In this document: positions 52,775 through 64,000 of the stretch, in pieces
Layout of the letters: each line of letters starts with the position of its first letter
Numbering within the stretch: the first letter of the stretch is position 1
Source: Octopus vulgaris
Lineage: Eukaryota
Assembly (NCBI GenBank): GCA_951406725.2
Contig: OX597833.1
Coordinates: forward strand, 35,960,001 to 36,024,000
Reading direction: 5' to 3'
DNA length: 64,000 nt
Notes under the pieces: generated by a model
What the model was told of the DNA's origin: nothing
The model's database searches: none
The model's input: the letters and a program-made list of their open reading frames with translations, nothing else
Translations under genes and position numbers: made by a program

Positions 52775-53058
52775 ATGATAACGGACCATACTCCACGCAG
52801 CAGCCGATTATACTTTACCTTATAACCAACTATACTTCCTTTAAAAGCCGCCATTACGGTACCTCAGGGGAGACCATACTCCTCGTCAGAACAGTTTATA
52901 ATTTACCTCACAACAAACTGTACCCCACAACAAACCATTCTCAACCTCTCAACAAACTATACTCTACTTTGCAGCCAACTATTATACTCCTCACAGCTGA
53001 CTATAATTCATCTCATAACTGACCACATTCCATCTTACAACAAACTGTGCTCCATACA
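52775..53058. repeat. Degenerate 22-bp minisatellite
   Basis: Units like CAACAAACTATACTCTACTTTG, CAGCCGATTATACTTTACCTTA, CAGCTGACTATAATTCATCTCA. Confidence 0.75.
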
Positions 53059-53329
53059 AAATATTTATGTCTTTGTACCAATGTAAGAAACAAGAATATT
53101 GTTGATAACTCACATGGTCGATATCTGACCCGGTATGGCGGAATCCAATAAGATTGTAGCAGTATTTAGAGACGTCTCATGTTCTGATTTTATATGTCAC
53201 TGAGGTCAAGTTTTCCTTCCTTCCATCCGAGGACCATAAAATGAACTATCCTTCATCTCCCTGAAAACATGTGAATTTGCTTCTATGTTAGAAATATAAT
53301 CCATTACTTTAACAAAATTCAGTGTAAGT

Positions 53330-53605
53330 CATTTCCACGAATTCATTACTGTCTTGGGAGTAAGTGACTGTAAGAGTCTTTCCTTAATTCTTAATAACTT
53401 TGTGAAAGATTCTTTCAGAATACGCAAGATGGCAATTTCCTCTAACTTCTCATTTTTTATTATGGCTCCTCTGTTTCCCAATATTTGTGTTAATGTTTTC
53501 AATGCTCCTATGATAATACGGGCAATTTTGCTCACGTTTCTCAAAGGTTTCTCAGTTTTCTTATCAAATCCTAAAATATTTTCAATCACTTTAGACAGAT
53601 TTTCC
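53330..53605 (-). mobile_element. Decayed R4-like LINE C-terminal fragment
   Basis: IIIGALKTL...AILRIL resembles the RLE tail PIIVGALG...ILR. Confidence 0.5.
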
Positions 53606-53802
53606 TTCTTCTTTGTAATAATAGGCGCAGTTATGGCTGTGTTAGAGGCGCAGATGTGGCTCTGAGATACGATTTTCGCTTTCCAACTACACGGTTCCAG
53701 GTTTGCTTCCATTGTGTGGAAACTTAAGCAAGAGTCTTTTACTATAGCCTCATGCTGACCGACGCCTTGAAAGTCGATTTGGTAGGGGAAAACTAAAAGA
53801 AG

Positions 53803-53869
<67 letters not shown>

Positions 53870-54201
53870 CATGTGTGTGTGTGTGTGTGTACAAGTACAT
53901 ATTTGTGTATGTATGAGTATATTTGAGTTCGTGTTTCCCCACTCCTTAGCGGGTCAGAAAAAACGCTTCAAAGCGGTGCACCAGGGTGATCGCCGTACAA
54001 TTACTGAAAAAAGTAAAGGATAAAATTCCCAGTATCGCATTCCAGCCATGAATTTTTCTTTATTTCGTACACCAGACTACATTATCCATTATGTCATAGC
54101 AAGCGCGAAGCGTGAGGGAAATTTGGTTGCTATTTCTAGCAAATTGTACGACCGCACAGAGGATCATTCGTTGGCTCTGCTTGATGACGGTGTCATTTTC
54201 T

Positions 54202-54368
54202 AGGAGTGGCTGTGTGGTAAGTAGCTTGCTTACGAACCGCATGGTCCCTGGTTCAGTCCCACTGCGTGACACCTTGGGCAAGTGTCTTCTACTATAGCCT
54301 CGGGCCCACCAAAGCCTTGTGAGTGGATTTGGTAGACGGAAACTGAAAGAAGTCCGTCGAATATATGT

Positions 54369-54435
<67 letters not shown>

Positions 54436-54656
54436 TGTGCGTGTATATGTTTGTGTGTCTATATTTGTCCGCACAACATCGCTTGACAACCGATGTTGGT
54501 GTGTTTACGTTCCCGTAACTTAGCGGTTCGGCAAAAGAGACCGATAGAATTAGTACTAGGCTTACAAAGAATAAGTCCTAGGGTCAATTTGCTCGACTAA
54601 AGGCGGTGCTCCAGCATAGCCAAAGTCAAATGACTGAAACAAGTAAAAGAGAGAGT
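54202..54656 (+). mobile_element. SINE family A, full length
   Basis: Near consensus with internal (TA)n. Confidence 0.92.
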
Positions 54657-55339
54657 ATAAACTGCGGACACAAATTGCTAGGCATATTACCTAAATCTCT
54701 GAAATTACAACATACTGTTGCAAAAAGAAAAAGAATAGGATACCTTACATAATGTAGTAGATATACTACGTCTGATAAAAAAAAAGTGGAATGGTCGTGA
54801 CAGGAATGATTTTCTGCGTGGGTGTCTGATCAATCAGGATTTAATTATTGCTAAATATGCAATATGTTGCAGATTGTTTTAATGGAACAGTCTAAGGGAG
54901 CGATAAAGGAAGAAATAGTGGTGGTGGTAAAGGAAAAGGATGAGAAGGAAGAAAGATTATGATGGAGCAGAATGAAGAAGAATAAACGGAAAAGAAGGAA
55001 AAGGAGAAAAGATTGAGAAACAAAAAGAATGGGAGGAGTAAGCGAAGTGGAAGAGCATGGTTTCAACATGTTTTAGCGAGTAATTAAATTCGCTTTATTC
55101 TACCCTTCTCCTAACCTGTGAGCTATTTCAAACGAAATTTAACCAAGTACAACATTTTGTATTGTTGTTGTTGTTATTGTTAAAGATTAAGAACAAAACA
55201 AAAATAATAATTGTAACTTCTAAAATTGGTACAAGGTCACAGATTGTGTAGGAGTCAAGATTTGAGTGGTAAGTGGTACTTATTTTAGCAATTTTGGAAC
55301 CGTTAAAAGTTACATAACGGGATTTTATATAAAGGGATG

Positions 55340-55660
55340 TAAGGTGGCGAGCCTGCAGAATCGTTAGCACGCCGGGCAAAATAATTAGCGGCAATTAGTC
55401 TGTCTTTACGTTCTGGGTTCAAATTCCGGCGAAGTCGACTTTGCCTTTCATCCTTTCGGAGTCGATAAATGAAGTACCAATTGCGTACAGGGGTCGATCT
55501 AATCGACTGCCCCCGCCAAAATGGGAGGGGGCTAGTCGATAACATCGATCCAAGTGCTTGACTGGTATTTATTTCATCAACTCTGAAATAACGGAAGGCT
55601 AAGTCAGTTTCGACGGAATTTGAACTCAGAACGTTAAGGCAAACGAAATAGCGCTTTGGA
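55340..55660. mobile_element. SINE family B, tail-to-tail pair
   Basis: Plus-strand copy followed by partial minus-strand copy. Confidence 0.82.
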
Positions 55661-55877
55661 TAATGTCAATGACATTGACATCTGTCTCACAGTCACCTTT
55701 GTAAAGCAATATGGTCAGGTTTTGAATGTAGAAGTAGCATAAAATTTATCAATGACCAGGAGAGAAAAAATTATGGTGATACAGTCCTAAGTGTCTTCGA
55801 TACCCCTTGTGGCTTTGTGTCCCTTCTTGGCCGCGGTAGCTGTAGCATTGTGATTGGTGGTGAGAGACAGAAATCTT

Positions 55878-56109
55878 ATTTCTATATTGCCCACAAGGGG
55901 CTAAACATAGAGGGAACAAATAAGGACAGACAGGGAGATTAAGTCGATTACATCGACCCTAGTGCGTAAACTGGTACTTAATTTATCGACCCCGAAAGGA
56001 TGAAAGGCAAAGTCGACCTCAGCGGAATTTGAACTCAGAACGTAACGGCAGACGAACTACTGCTAAGCATTTCGTCTGGCGTGCTAACGTCTCTGCCAGC
56101 TCGCCGCCG
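55878..56109 (-). mobile_element. SINE family B, full length with TSD
   Basis: TSD GACAGAAATCTT at 55866-55877 and 56115-56126. Confidence 0.92.
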
Positions 56110-56951
56110 TAAGGGACAGAAATCTTGATGTCATATTTGTAGTGTTGTGGAAGCAAGAAATGTAATACCTGCTTCAATAATTGAAAAAGCATTGTAGAAA
56201 CTGCAGCGGTACCAGCAGCAAAAAACAGCAGGTCCCAAGTGCTGCTGCTTCAGTAGCATTGCTAATCAAAGCACCAGAAATAATGAGTTAGATTACATTC
56301 TCCTTAGTTTCAGAATCCGATGAAACCAAAGGTCCTTCCCATTCCCAGAAATACCATTTTTTATCGTCATGCAAATAGAAACCGAAAAGCACTGACTGAT
56401 TTTCACGGAGAGTAGGAAAATGAAGACGAAACAGAAGGCAGAATATCTGTTGAATGGAATTTCGCAACTTCACTGTGATCCAACGCAAAGTAAAAAATGG
56501 ATTGTACAATTTGATATTTTATTTTGGAATAATAAAATAACTAAAAAAATTGATACAGCATGAGTTGAGATGCTGATACTAGGGGTGCATGTAGCACAAG
56601 ATTTCGACAAAAGAAACTGAAAAGATGTTAGCGCTCTACTATCACTTGAAGGTCTATTCCGAAGGGGGTTTGTGCACTACACTCTTCTGACGCCAAAAAT
56701 GTATGTAGGTGTATTTTAACGTATTCGTTCCCAATAAGAGTAATGCCAGGTTGACAGAGACATAGAGGATCATAATCCTACTTAGCTGCAAGTTCCCAAT
56801 AGTAATCCTTGGGGATTCCTCACATTCTTTAAATTGCTTTTCATGGGCTTTGTATTAATATAAAAGCATTTACCTGTTTCTTATGTTTAATTCATAACAA
56901 ATGTTTAGTACAATTTAGTATGTGTGTGTATGTGTGTGTGTATACATACAC

Positions 56952-57085
56952 AGGCGCGGGAGGGGATATGTAGTAAGAATTTTGTTTTCCAACCATATGG
57001 TTCCAGGTTCAGTCCCACTGCGTGACACCATGGGCCGACCAAATCTTTGTGTGTGGAATTTCGTAGACGGAATCTGACAGAAGCT

Positions 57086-57180
<95 letters not shown>

Positions 57181-57194
57181 GTATATGTATATAC

Positions 57195-57239
<45 letters not shown>

Positions 57240-57450
57240 TGTGTGTTTGCGTCTGTGTTTTCCATTACTTGACAACAGGTGTTGATGTGTTTACGTCTCC
57301 GTAAATTAGCGGTTCGGCTTAAAAAAACTGATAGAATAAGTAACAGACTTAAAAAAACGTACTGGGGTCGATTCATTCGACTAAAATTCCTCAAGGCGGT
57401 GCCCCAGCTTGGCCACAATCTAATGACTGAAACAAGTAAAAGATAAAAGA
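56952..57450 (+). mobile_element. SINE family A, diverged
   Basis: Head, internal microsatellite and tail recognisable. Confidence 0.82.
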
Positions 57451-58802
57451 TATATATATATGCTCCTAGGCATATGTCCGGGCAAGGTTGTTTATGGAAG
57501 ACCAGCAGTCGGCCATGCATACCAGCCTGTATGTGTGTATTTGTGTATGCATATGATCATGTATAGATGTATGTATATATACATCATTGTATTCACTGAT
57601 ACGAACATATCGAATGGCTTGAGAAGCTGTTTCTTCGCTATACAATGGTTAATATGCGAAATCAATCAATTAATAATCAATTATTCAATTAACCAATCTA
57701 TCAGTTAATCCCTAATCATTTTCTTCTAAGTTCAAATTTAATTGGTAGATTTTCAGACTGTGCTACAAACAAATTTGTACAAGTGGGATTGTCGATAACA
57801 GACATAGCTAATTATCTTTTTTGTTTGTTTTTTAATATATTATATACTTGGCAAATTCACAGTCCTTGGAGGTCAATATGTCATCAAGTGTGGGAGCATG
57901 TTACTGTGTGAGGACATAGCTCTGAGAAGATTACTACTAACAAATTTATTTTCTGGCCAATCTGCAGTAGGGTGATATATAAAGTAATAATAAGAGAGAA
58001 CGGGAGAAGGTCAACTGGGTACATAGTAGCTGTATAAGTTAATTATCTGCTTTTCTGTTTCGTATGAGGAATATCGGCTTTACTATGGTTAAAGCGAATT
58101 CAGTTAAATAAAATTAAACTGGTAGGTGCAAAAGTTAATGATTAGATTAAAGATTAAAAATTTGTTAGGGAAACAGTACTTGGTATATTAGATAGTAGAT
58201 AATTTAAGAAGGAAAATGAATAATAATTCCTAAAAAGACGATGTAGTCATTAAGTTTATTTACACCTAGGTAAGTTTATTATTTGGGATTTTTGCATGAA
58301 AATCTTTTCAAATATTTTGTTAAATAAATGAAAACAACTAATTAATAACACGCTGTTATTAGGTTAATTATGTTGGACATACAGTTAATTATGCCCCCAC
58401 CAAGTACAAATTACAGCTCACACCACATCCTCTGTAAGGAAGGGTGCTACCTGTAATAAACCATGAAGTACAGTAATCTATATTCCTACCTTTGAGTTCA
58501 GCCAACAAAGTGCAGTTCCGTTTTGTATTTAAAAGAATGAATATAGTTATGTAATCTTTGAATTTCAAAACGGTTGGGCACCAGGTAGGCTCAAGTAAAA
58601 TGACTATGCATAATAGTAAGGAGTTTAATAATTATTCACACATTTTCCGGGTCATTCAGAAGAAACTATAGAGTTGATTGGAAGATAATCTTTGTTACAC
58701 GCTATGTTGACTGTCTTGACTGTCTTCTTGGTTTTCTACTACTATCCATGTTACAAGCAATCACATTCTAATGGCCATTATTATAAGCCCCGGTGGTCTA
58801 TA

Positions 58803-58878
<76 letters not shown>

Positions 58879-58891
58879 GTTATTTATTATT

Positions 58892-59436
58892 GAGTGAGAC
58901 AGCAGTGAATGCTACCAAAGTGACACTGGGGTACAAATATACGAAGCCCAGTATACCCATCATGACTACCCTTCTCATAAGGGTATACTAGGCACATGCA
59001 TCACAACCATATATACGCGATATGGTGATCTCATATCAAGATAAACAGCACATAACCTTGCAGGTGGGACCCAGTTACAATTTTCTTCTGGTCGAATAAC
59101 CCATCCCGCCCAAAAGATCCCTGAATAAGAGTTGTTCAAGTATGTTGAACGAAACACCCATGTGTTTCTAGAGGTGAACAATTCAAACCCCAAAGAATCA
59201 TGGCTATGATGCCCCCAACTACTCCTGCTCGTGATCACAGATGCACATATCGTCAGCCACTAAGGGACATGCCCAACTTGTTAAGGTCAAACAATTGATA
59301 AGCAAATCTGTGGTATTGAGCAGAATATTTGCTGTAGCCATCTTTTATACCAAGAAAAAAACAATGTACATGATAACACTTCCAATCAGTTAAGATCAGA
59401 AGCCATGAGAGTCACTGGCTTGTACTGCATCAGGGC

Positions 59437-59437
<1 letters not shown>
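58892..59437 (-). mobile_element. Family D full-length copy in (TTA)n
   Basis: Same termini as 50545-51099. Confidence 0.92.
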
Positions 59438-59522
<85 letters not shown>

Positions 59523-59524
59523 TA

Positions 59525-61755
59525 TAATGTGATGAAAGCTCACAGTTTATTTTGTTGAGTAAGATGGAAAATGTCTGCTGTCCACAGCCAGCAGATTAAG
59601 GTGACATTTGTTTACTGGTCATGCTTCAAGAACTCACCGAAGAGTCTTGCAGTTCCAAGCAATGCTGATTTTTGTAGGTGTTCTGCCTTCACAATTGCAC
59701 CAGTCTTTTTTAGCCATGCTGGTCGTTGAGTGCTGATTCTTCCAAGTGCACCGATTGCTATTGGTCTACTCTCCTCATTGATCATAACCTTCGTATTTTC
59801 CACTTAAAACCGTCAAAGTTGTTTATTTTTTATTTTTCTTTCACATTGATCCTGTTCTCAGTGGGGCATGCTATGTCGATTATCATGCATGTTCTTTGTT
59901 TTTTATTCGCCATAACTATGTCCAGTTTCCGATGTCTAAGCAGGTGATCGCACTGGATCATTGCATCCCACATGATTTTTAAATTCTCATTCTCGGTGAT
60001 TCCTTCTGGGGTTTGCTCAGACCACGTCTTTGCTCTTTGTAGGTCGTGATTCCCACAAATATCCCAATGGATCAATCTTGCCACATTGTCATGGCGTCTT
60101 TTATATTCACGTTGTGAATTTCGGGCACTCGATAACGATGTGCCATACCGTTTCACCCCTTTCACCACACATTCTGCATTTGTTGCTGTCGGGTGTGTTG
60201 TCTATTCTGCACTTTACATAGTTGGTTCTTAACGCTTGTTCTTGAGCTGCGCATATGAGTGCTTCTGTCTCTATCTTCAGATCACTCCTCCTCATCCATA
60301 GCCACCGGTTCTTTGTTTCTGTCATGTTCCTTCCATGCTAGTTTTTTTCTTTTTTTGTTCATTTCTTGTTTAAGTTTTTCTTTAGTTACACAATTTTCAG
60401 TTTTGATGACGCCAGCCTTCTTCGTATGTTTCAACAATGGCTCCACGACTTTTTAGATACCACCCTAAGCATTTCTGCTCTGCTTCGATACAGTCCTGGC
60501 AACTGATGAGGCCTCTCCCACCTTTTCTTCTGGACAAGTACAGCCTATTGGTGTCACTCTTAGAGTGGAAGGCTCCATGTACTGTCAACATTTTTCTGGT
60601 CTTCGTATCCAATTTCTTCACTTCTCCCTTTTGCCATTTTATAATTTCCGCTTCATACCGAAATGATGCTGTCGCTTGGATTTTATTCCATCCAGTCAAT
60701 TTTGAACGCAACACCACCCTTAGTCTTCGTAAATACTCCACTCTCAGTTGCTCTTTCAATTCCTTCTGCATTATCCCATTGGACCCTATTACACCAAGGT
60801 ATTCGTAGCCTTTTGTTTCAATTTCTTTAATCAAGTCTCTATTCGGTAATTCTATCCCTGCTAGGACCTGTACCTTGCCTCTTTTTAGGTAGATTATTCC
60901 GCACTTCTTGAGTCCAAATTCCATTCTACTAACAGTACTAAAACAGTGGACCGTGTTCACCAAGGAACTCACTTGTGTCTCATCCTTGCCATAGATTTTC
61001 AATTCATCCATGAAGAGGCGGTTTATTGTTTTAGATTTTCCCTTTAGTTCGTACCCCAGCTTCATTTTCCCAAGTACCAAGGCCAGGGGTATCATGCAGA
61101 TAATAAAAGCAACAGAAATAAGTTATTACTCAGGGAAATCCCTCTTCTGATACCCAGAGTGCCGAAGCTTTTCCCGTAAGATGTCAGTTCAGTCTTCCAC
61201 CCCTCCATAATTCTCTTCAAGAAATACGTTACGTTCCACGCAATTCCAAACAGATCTAAGCACTTGATGATTCCCGAATGTGGAATAAGCTTTGCGATAG
61301 TCAACCCAGGCCATTCCTAAATGTGTTCTCCTTCGTTTACAATCTTGCGTTACCATTTTATCTATCAATAATCGATCTTTCGTACCTCTACAGCCTTTTT
61401 GTTCTGTTGGTAATATATCAATCTCATCAAGAAATGTGTACAGTTTTTCTGCAATTCCTCCTAATAGTAACTTTCACATTAATGGGAAGCAGGGAATTGG
61501 TCTGTAATTGTCAGCAGCATTTCCCTTTGATGCATCTTTCAGACACAACGCCATTCGTCCTTTTGTCAACCAACGCGAGATTTCTTCTTCTCCATTATTC
61601 AATGCATTAAATTGCCCTACGATCGATTTATGAGAGCTACTGAACTTTTTATCCAAAATGCCTATACACCAACAAGTCCTGCTACTTTCGAATTTCTTAT
61701 CTTTTTACTCATATTTCTGATGTCTTCTGTGAAGTGCGTAGCATCTTGCTGGGAT
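59525..61755 (-). mobile_element. R4/Dong-like non-LTR retrotransposon, 5'-truncated pseudogene (RT, CCHC, RLE)
   Basis: NYRPI, LFMDELKIY, MEFGLKKC, GGRGLI, ETEALICAAQEQAL, CRMCGERGETVWHIVIEC, RHDNVARLIHW, RKLDIV, IIDIACP, LQKSALLGTAR; frameshifts; (TAA)n on both flanks. Confidence 0.95.
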
Positions 61756-61765
61756 TCTTCTTCTT

Positions 61766-61987
<222 letters not shown>

Positions 61988-61989
61988 TA

Positions 61990-62300
61990 TTGTCTTTGCA
62001 CAGCTTCTCACACTGGAGATGTATTACAGTGTCAGCTGTTCACTACCAGTGAACTAAGGTAACACATTTTTTGAGCACCATCCGGAGAGTTCGAGCGGTT
62101 CCAAGCAGTACTGTTTTTCTGCAAGTGCTCCACCCTTATTGCATCCCCTATCGGTTCCATACCTTTCTCAAGATTTTTACTCACTGTTCCCAGGGCTCCG
62201 ACAATTATTGGTACTACTACCACCTTTTTCATCGCCCACAACTGCTTTACCTTCCAAGCTAACCTGTCATATCTATCGACATTTCTTTCTTTCTTATCGC
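61990..62300 (-). mobile_element. R4/Dong-like LINE 3' end
   Basis: WAMKKVVVVPIIVGALGTVSKNLEK..VEHLQK. Confidence 0.85.
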
Positions 62301-62537
62301 ATACCTTGTTATCAGCTGGGCATGTTTAAGCCGCAACGTCGGGGGTATAGGCAGGAGATAGATCTCTTGATTATTGGAACACATCCCTTCTACAGGAAAC
62401 TAAATAACTGACGCTCTAATCTGATCCAGCAGTAGTTGAGACAATCCATGGCGACTAGGCAATATGGGCATTCACCGCTTCTGCACGACTTTTCAGGAAC
62501 AGCTTCCTCTCTGCCCATTTCTGGGCAAGACTAGCCA

Positions 62538-62749
62538 CTCTCTTTTACTCTTTTACTCTTTTACTCTTTTACTTGTTTCAGTCATTTGACTGCGGCCATG
62601 CTGGAGCACCGCCTTTAATCGAGCAACTCGACCCCGGGACTTATTCTTTTGTAAGCCCAATACTTATTCTATCGGTCTCTTTTGCCGAACCGCTAGGTAA
62701 CCAGCATCGGTTGTCAAGCAATGCTAGGGGGACAAACACAAACACACAA

Positions 62750-62796
<47 letters not shown>

Positions 62797-62960
62797 CGAC
62801 GGGCCTCCTTCAGTTTCCGTCCACCAAATCCACTCACAATGCCTTGGTCGTCCCGAGGCTATAGTAGAAGACACTTCCCCAAGGTGCCACGCAGTGGGAC
62901 TGAACCCGGAACAATGTGGTTGGTAAACAAGCTACTTACCACACAGCCACTCCTGCGCCT
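62538..62960 (-). mobile_element. SINE family A, full length
   Basis: (ACTCTTTT)n tail and head complete. Confidence 0.92.
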
Positions 62961-63029
62961 GCTTATATTATAACTGACCAGTCAGTCTAGCATTCAACAA
63001 CGCTGTCCGATGGCATGAACCTGCCACTC

Positions 63030-63725
63030 CAGGTTCCCAGATACAAGTCAACCGACTTGTTGGCCCTGATTTTCACCACAGCCAACAACTTGTATTCCTT
63101 TAGAATACGAGTTGGTGGCAAAAATAACACTTGCTTTAACCATAGATCTCAACATTTGGTTCGAAGGCCAGCATTTCACTTCAGCGTACACTGATGACTG
63201 CAAACCCATTTTCCAGAAAATGTTCCAGTATAAGACTTTTTGTCTCACAAAAAACGGTTAGCATCAATATTCCTTCTGGAGGTTGAGTCCTGAATTTCTT
63301 TTTCCTTGGGATTCCGGGTGTTCCCTCCCGTTTTTTACCTTTTGGATTCTGGCTCATGGACCCTGGTCTCATCTGTGACTTTTCTCTCCCAAATAGCTTC
63401 GCCTTCATCATTGTAGCGGTCAAAAAAGTGTTAACAGAACTCCATGATTTCCAGCTCTTATACGCTTCGGTAAGCTTTCTTGGCATAAAACTCGTTCGGA
63501 CTTCACGGAATTGAAGTTTGTTGCAGAGGGTTCCGTATGCAGAGCCTTGACCAGTTTGCATATAAGATGCCACCTCATCAATGGTCATTCGTCGGTTTGC
63601 CAGAACCACCTCTCGAGCTTGTCAAGTCATCATACCAGTGGTAGCTTGATGGCCGTCATGCCCCCACAACGTGCTTCACGCTTGTTCGGACATTTTAAAA
63701 CAATTTGATCCACTCATACACACTT
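63030..63725 (-). mobile_element. Decayed mariner transposase
   Basis: ANRRMTIDEVA..FMPRKLT..KKKFRTQPPEGILMLTVF. Confidence 0.85.
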
Positions 63726-64000
63726 CAAAATGTGTGTGTGTATGTGTGTGTGTGTGTGTATGTGTGTGTGTATGCGTGCATGTGTTTGTTACTGGCAGTT
63801 AAGTCAAACCGTTTGTGTTTATGTACATAAACTTCTTAGTTACGTCTATTTCCTTCTTTTCCTTTTTCCTTTCTTTCTCCTACAACTTTCCTTCTTCGCC
63901 TTCTTCTTCCTCGTCGTACTCATCACCATCATCATTATCATCATCATCACCATCACTATTATCATCAACATCAGCATCGTATTACAGTAAAAAGAAAAAA

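Noticed and set aside
56288-56509. 73-aa non-repetitive ORF (…DDKKWYFWEWEGP…)
   Set aside because: No recognisable motif or supportable splice structure; a BLASTX hit would be needed.

Overview
AT-rich, microsatellite-dense eukaryotic DNA with no recognisable intact host gene. The SINE and LINE families suggest a cephalopod (octopus) intergenic or intronic region (inference). Almost all listed ORFs are microsatellite translations or decayed transposon fragments. The window holds three tRNA-derived SINE families, a ~550 bp (TAA)n-associated element in 8 copies, R4/Dong-like and RTE LINE remnants, mariner/maT and hAT DNA transposons, and Penelope-like remnants. The main unannotated signal is RNA structure. 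About eight type I hammerhead ribozyme (HHR) motifs of unrelated sequence families occur here. Two are canonical, minus-strand, and sit in 322-nt and 354-nt terminally redundant, rod-folding units resembling non-LTR retrozymes (12523-12860, 13621-13994). These two bracket a 415-bp foldback. Several other HHRs carry non-canonical cores (CCGANGA, CUGUGGA). Further long inverted repeats lie at 1.2, 12.1, 25.2 and 28.4 kb. Coordinates were read by eye, so repeat boundaries are approximate.
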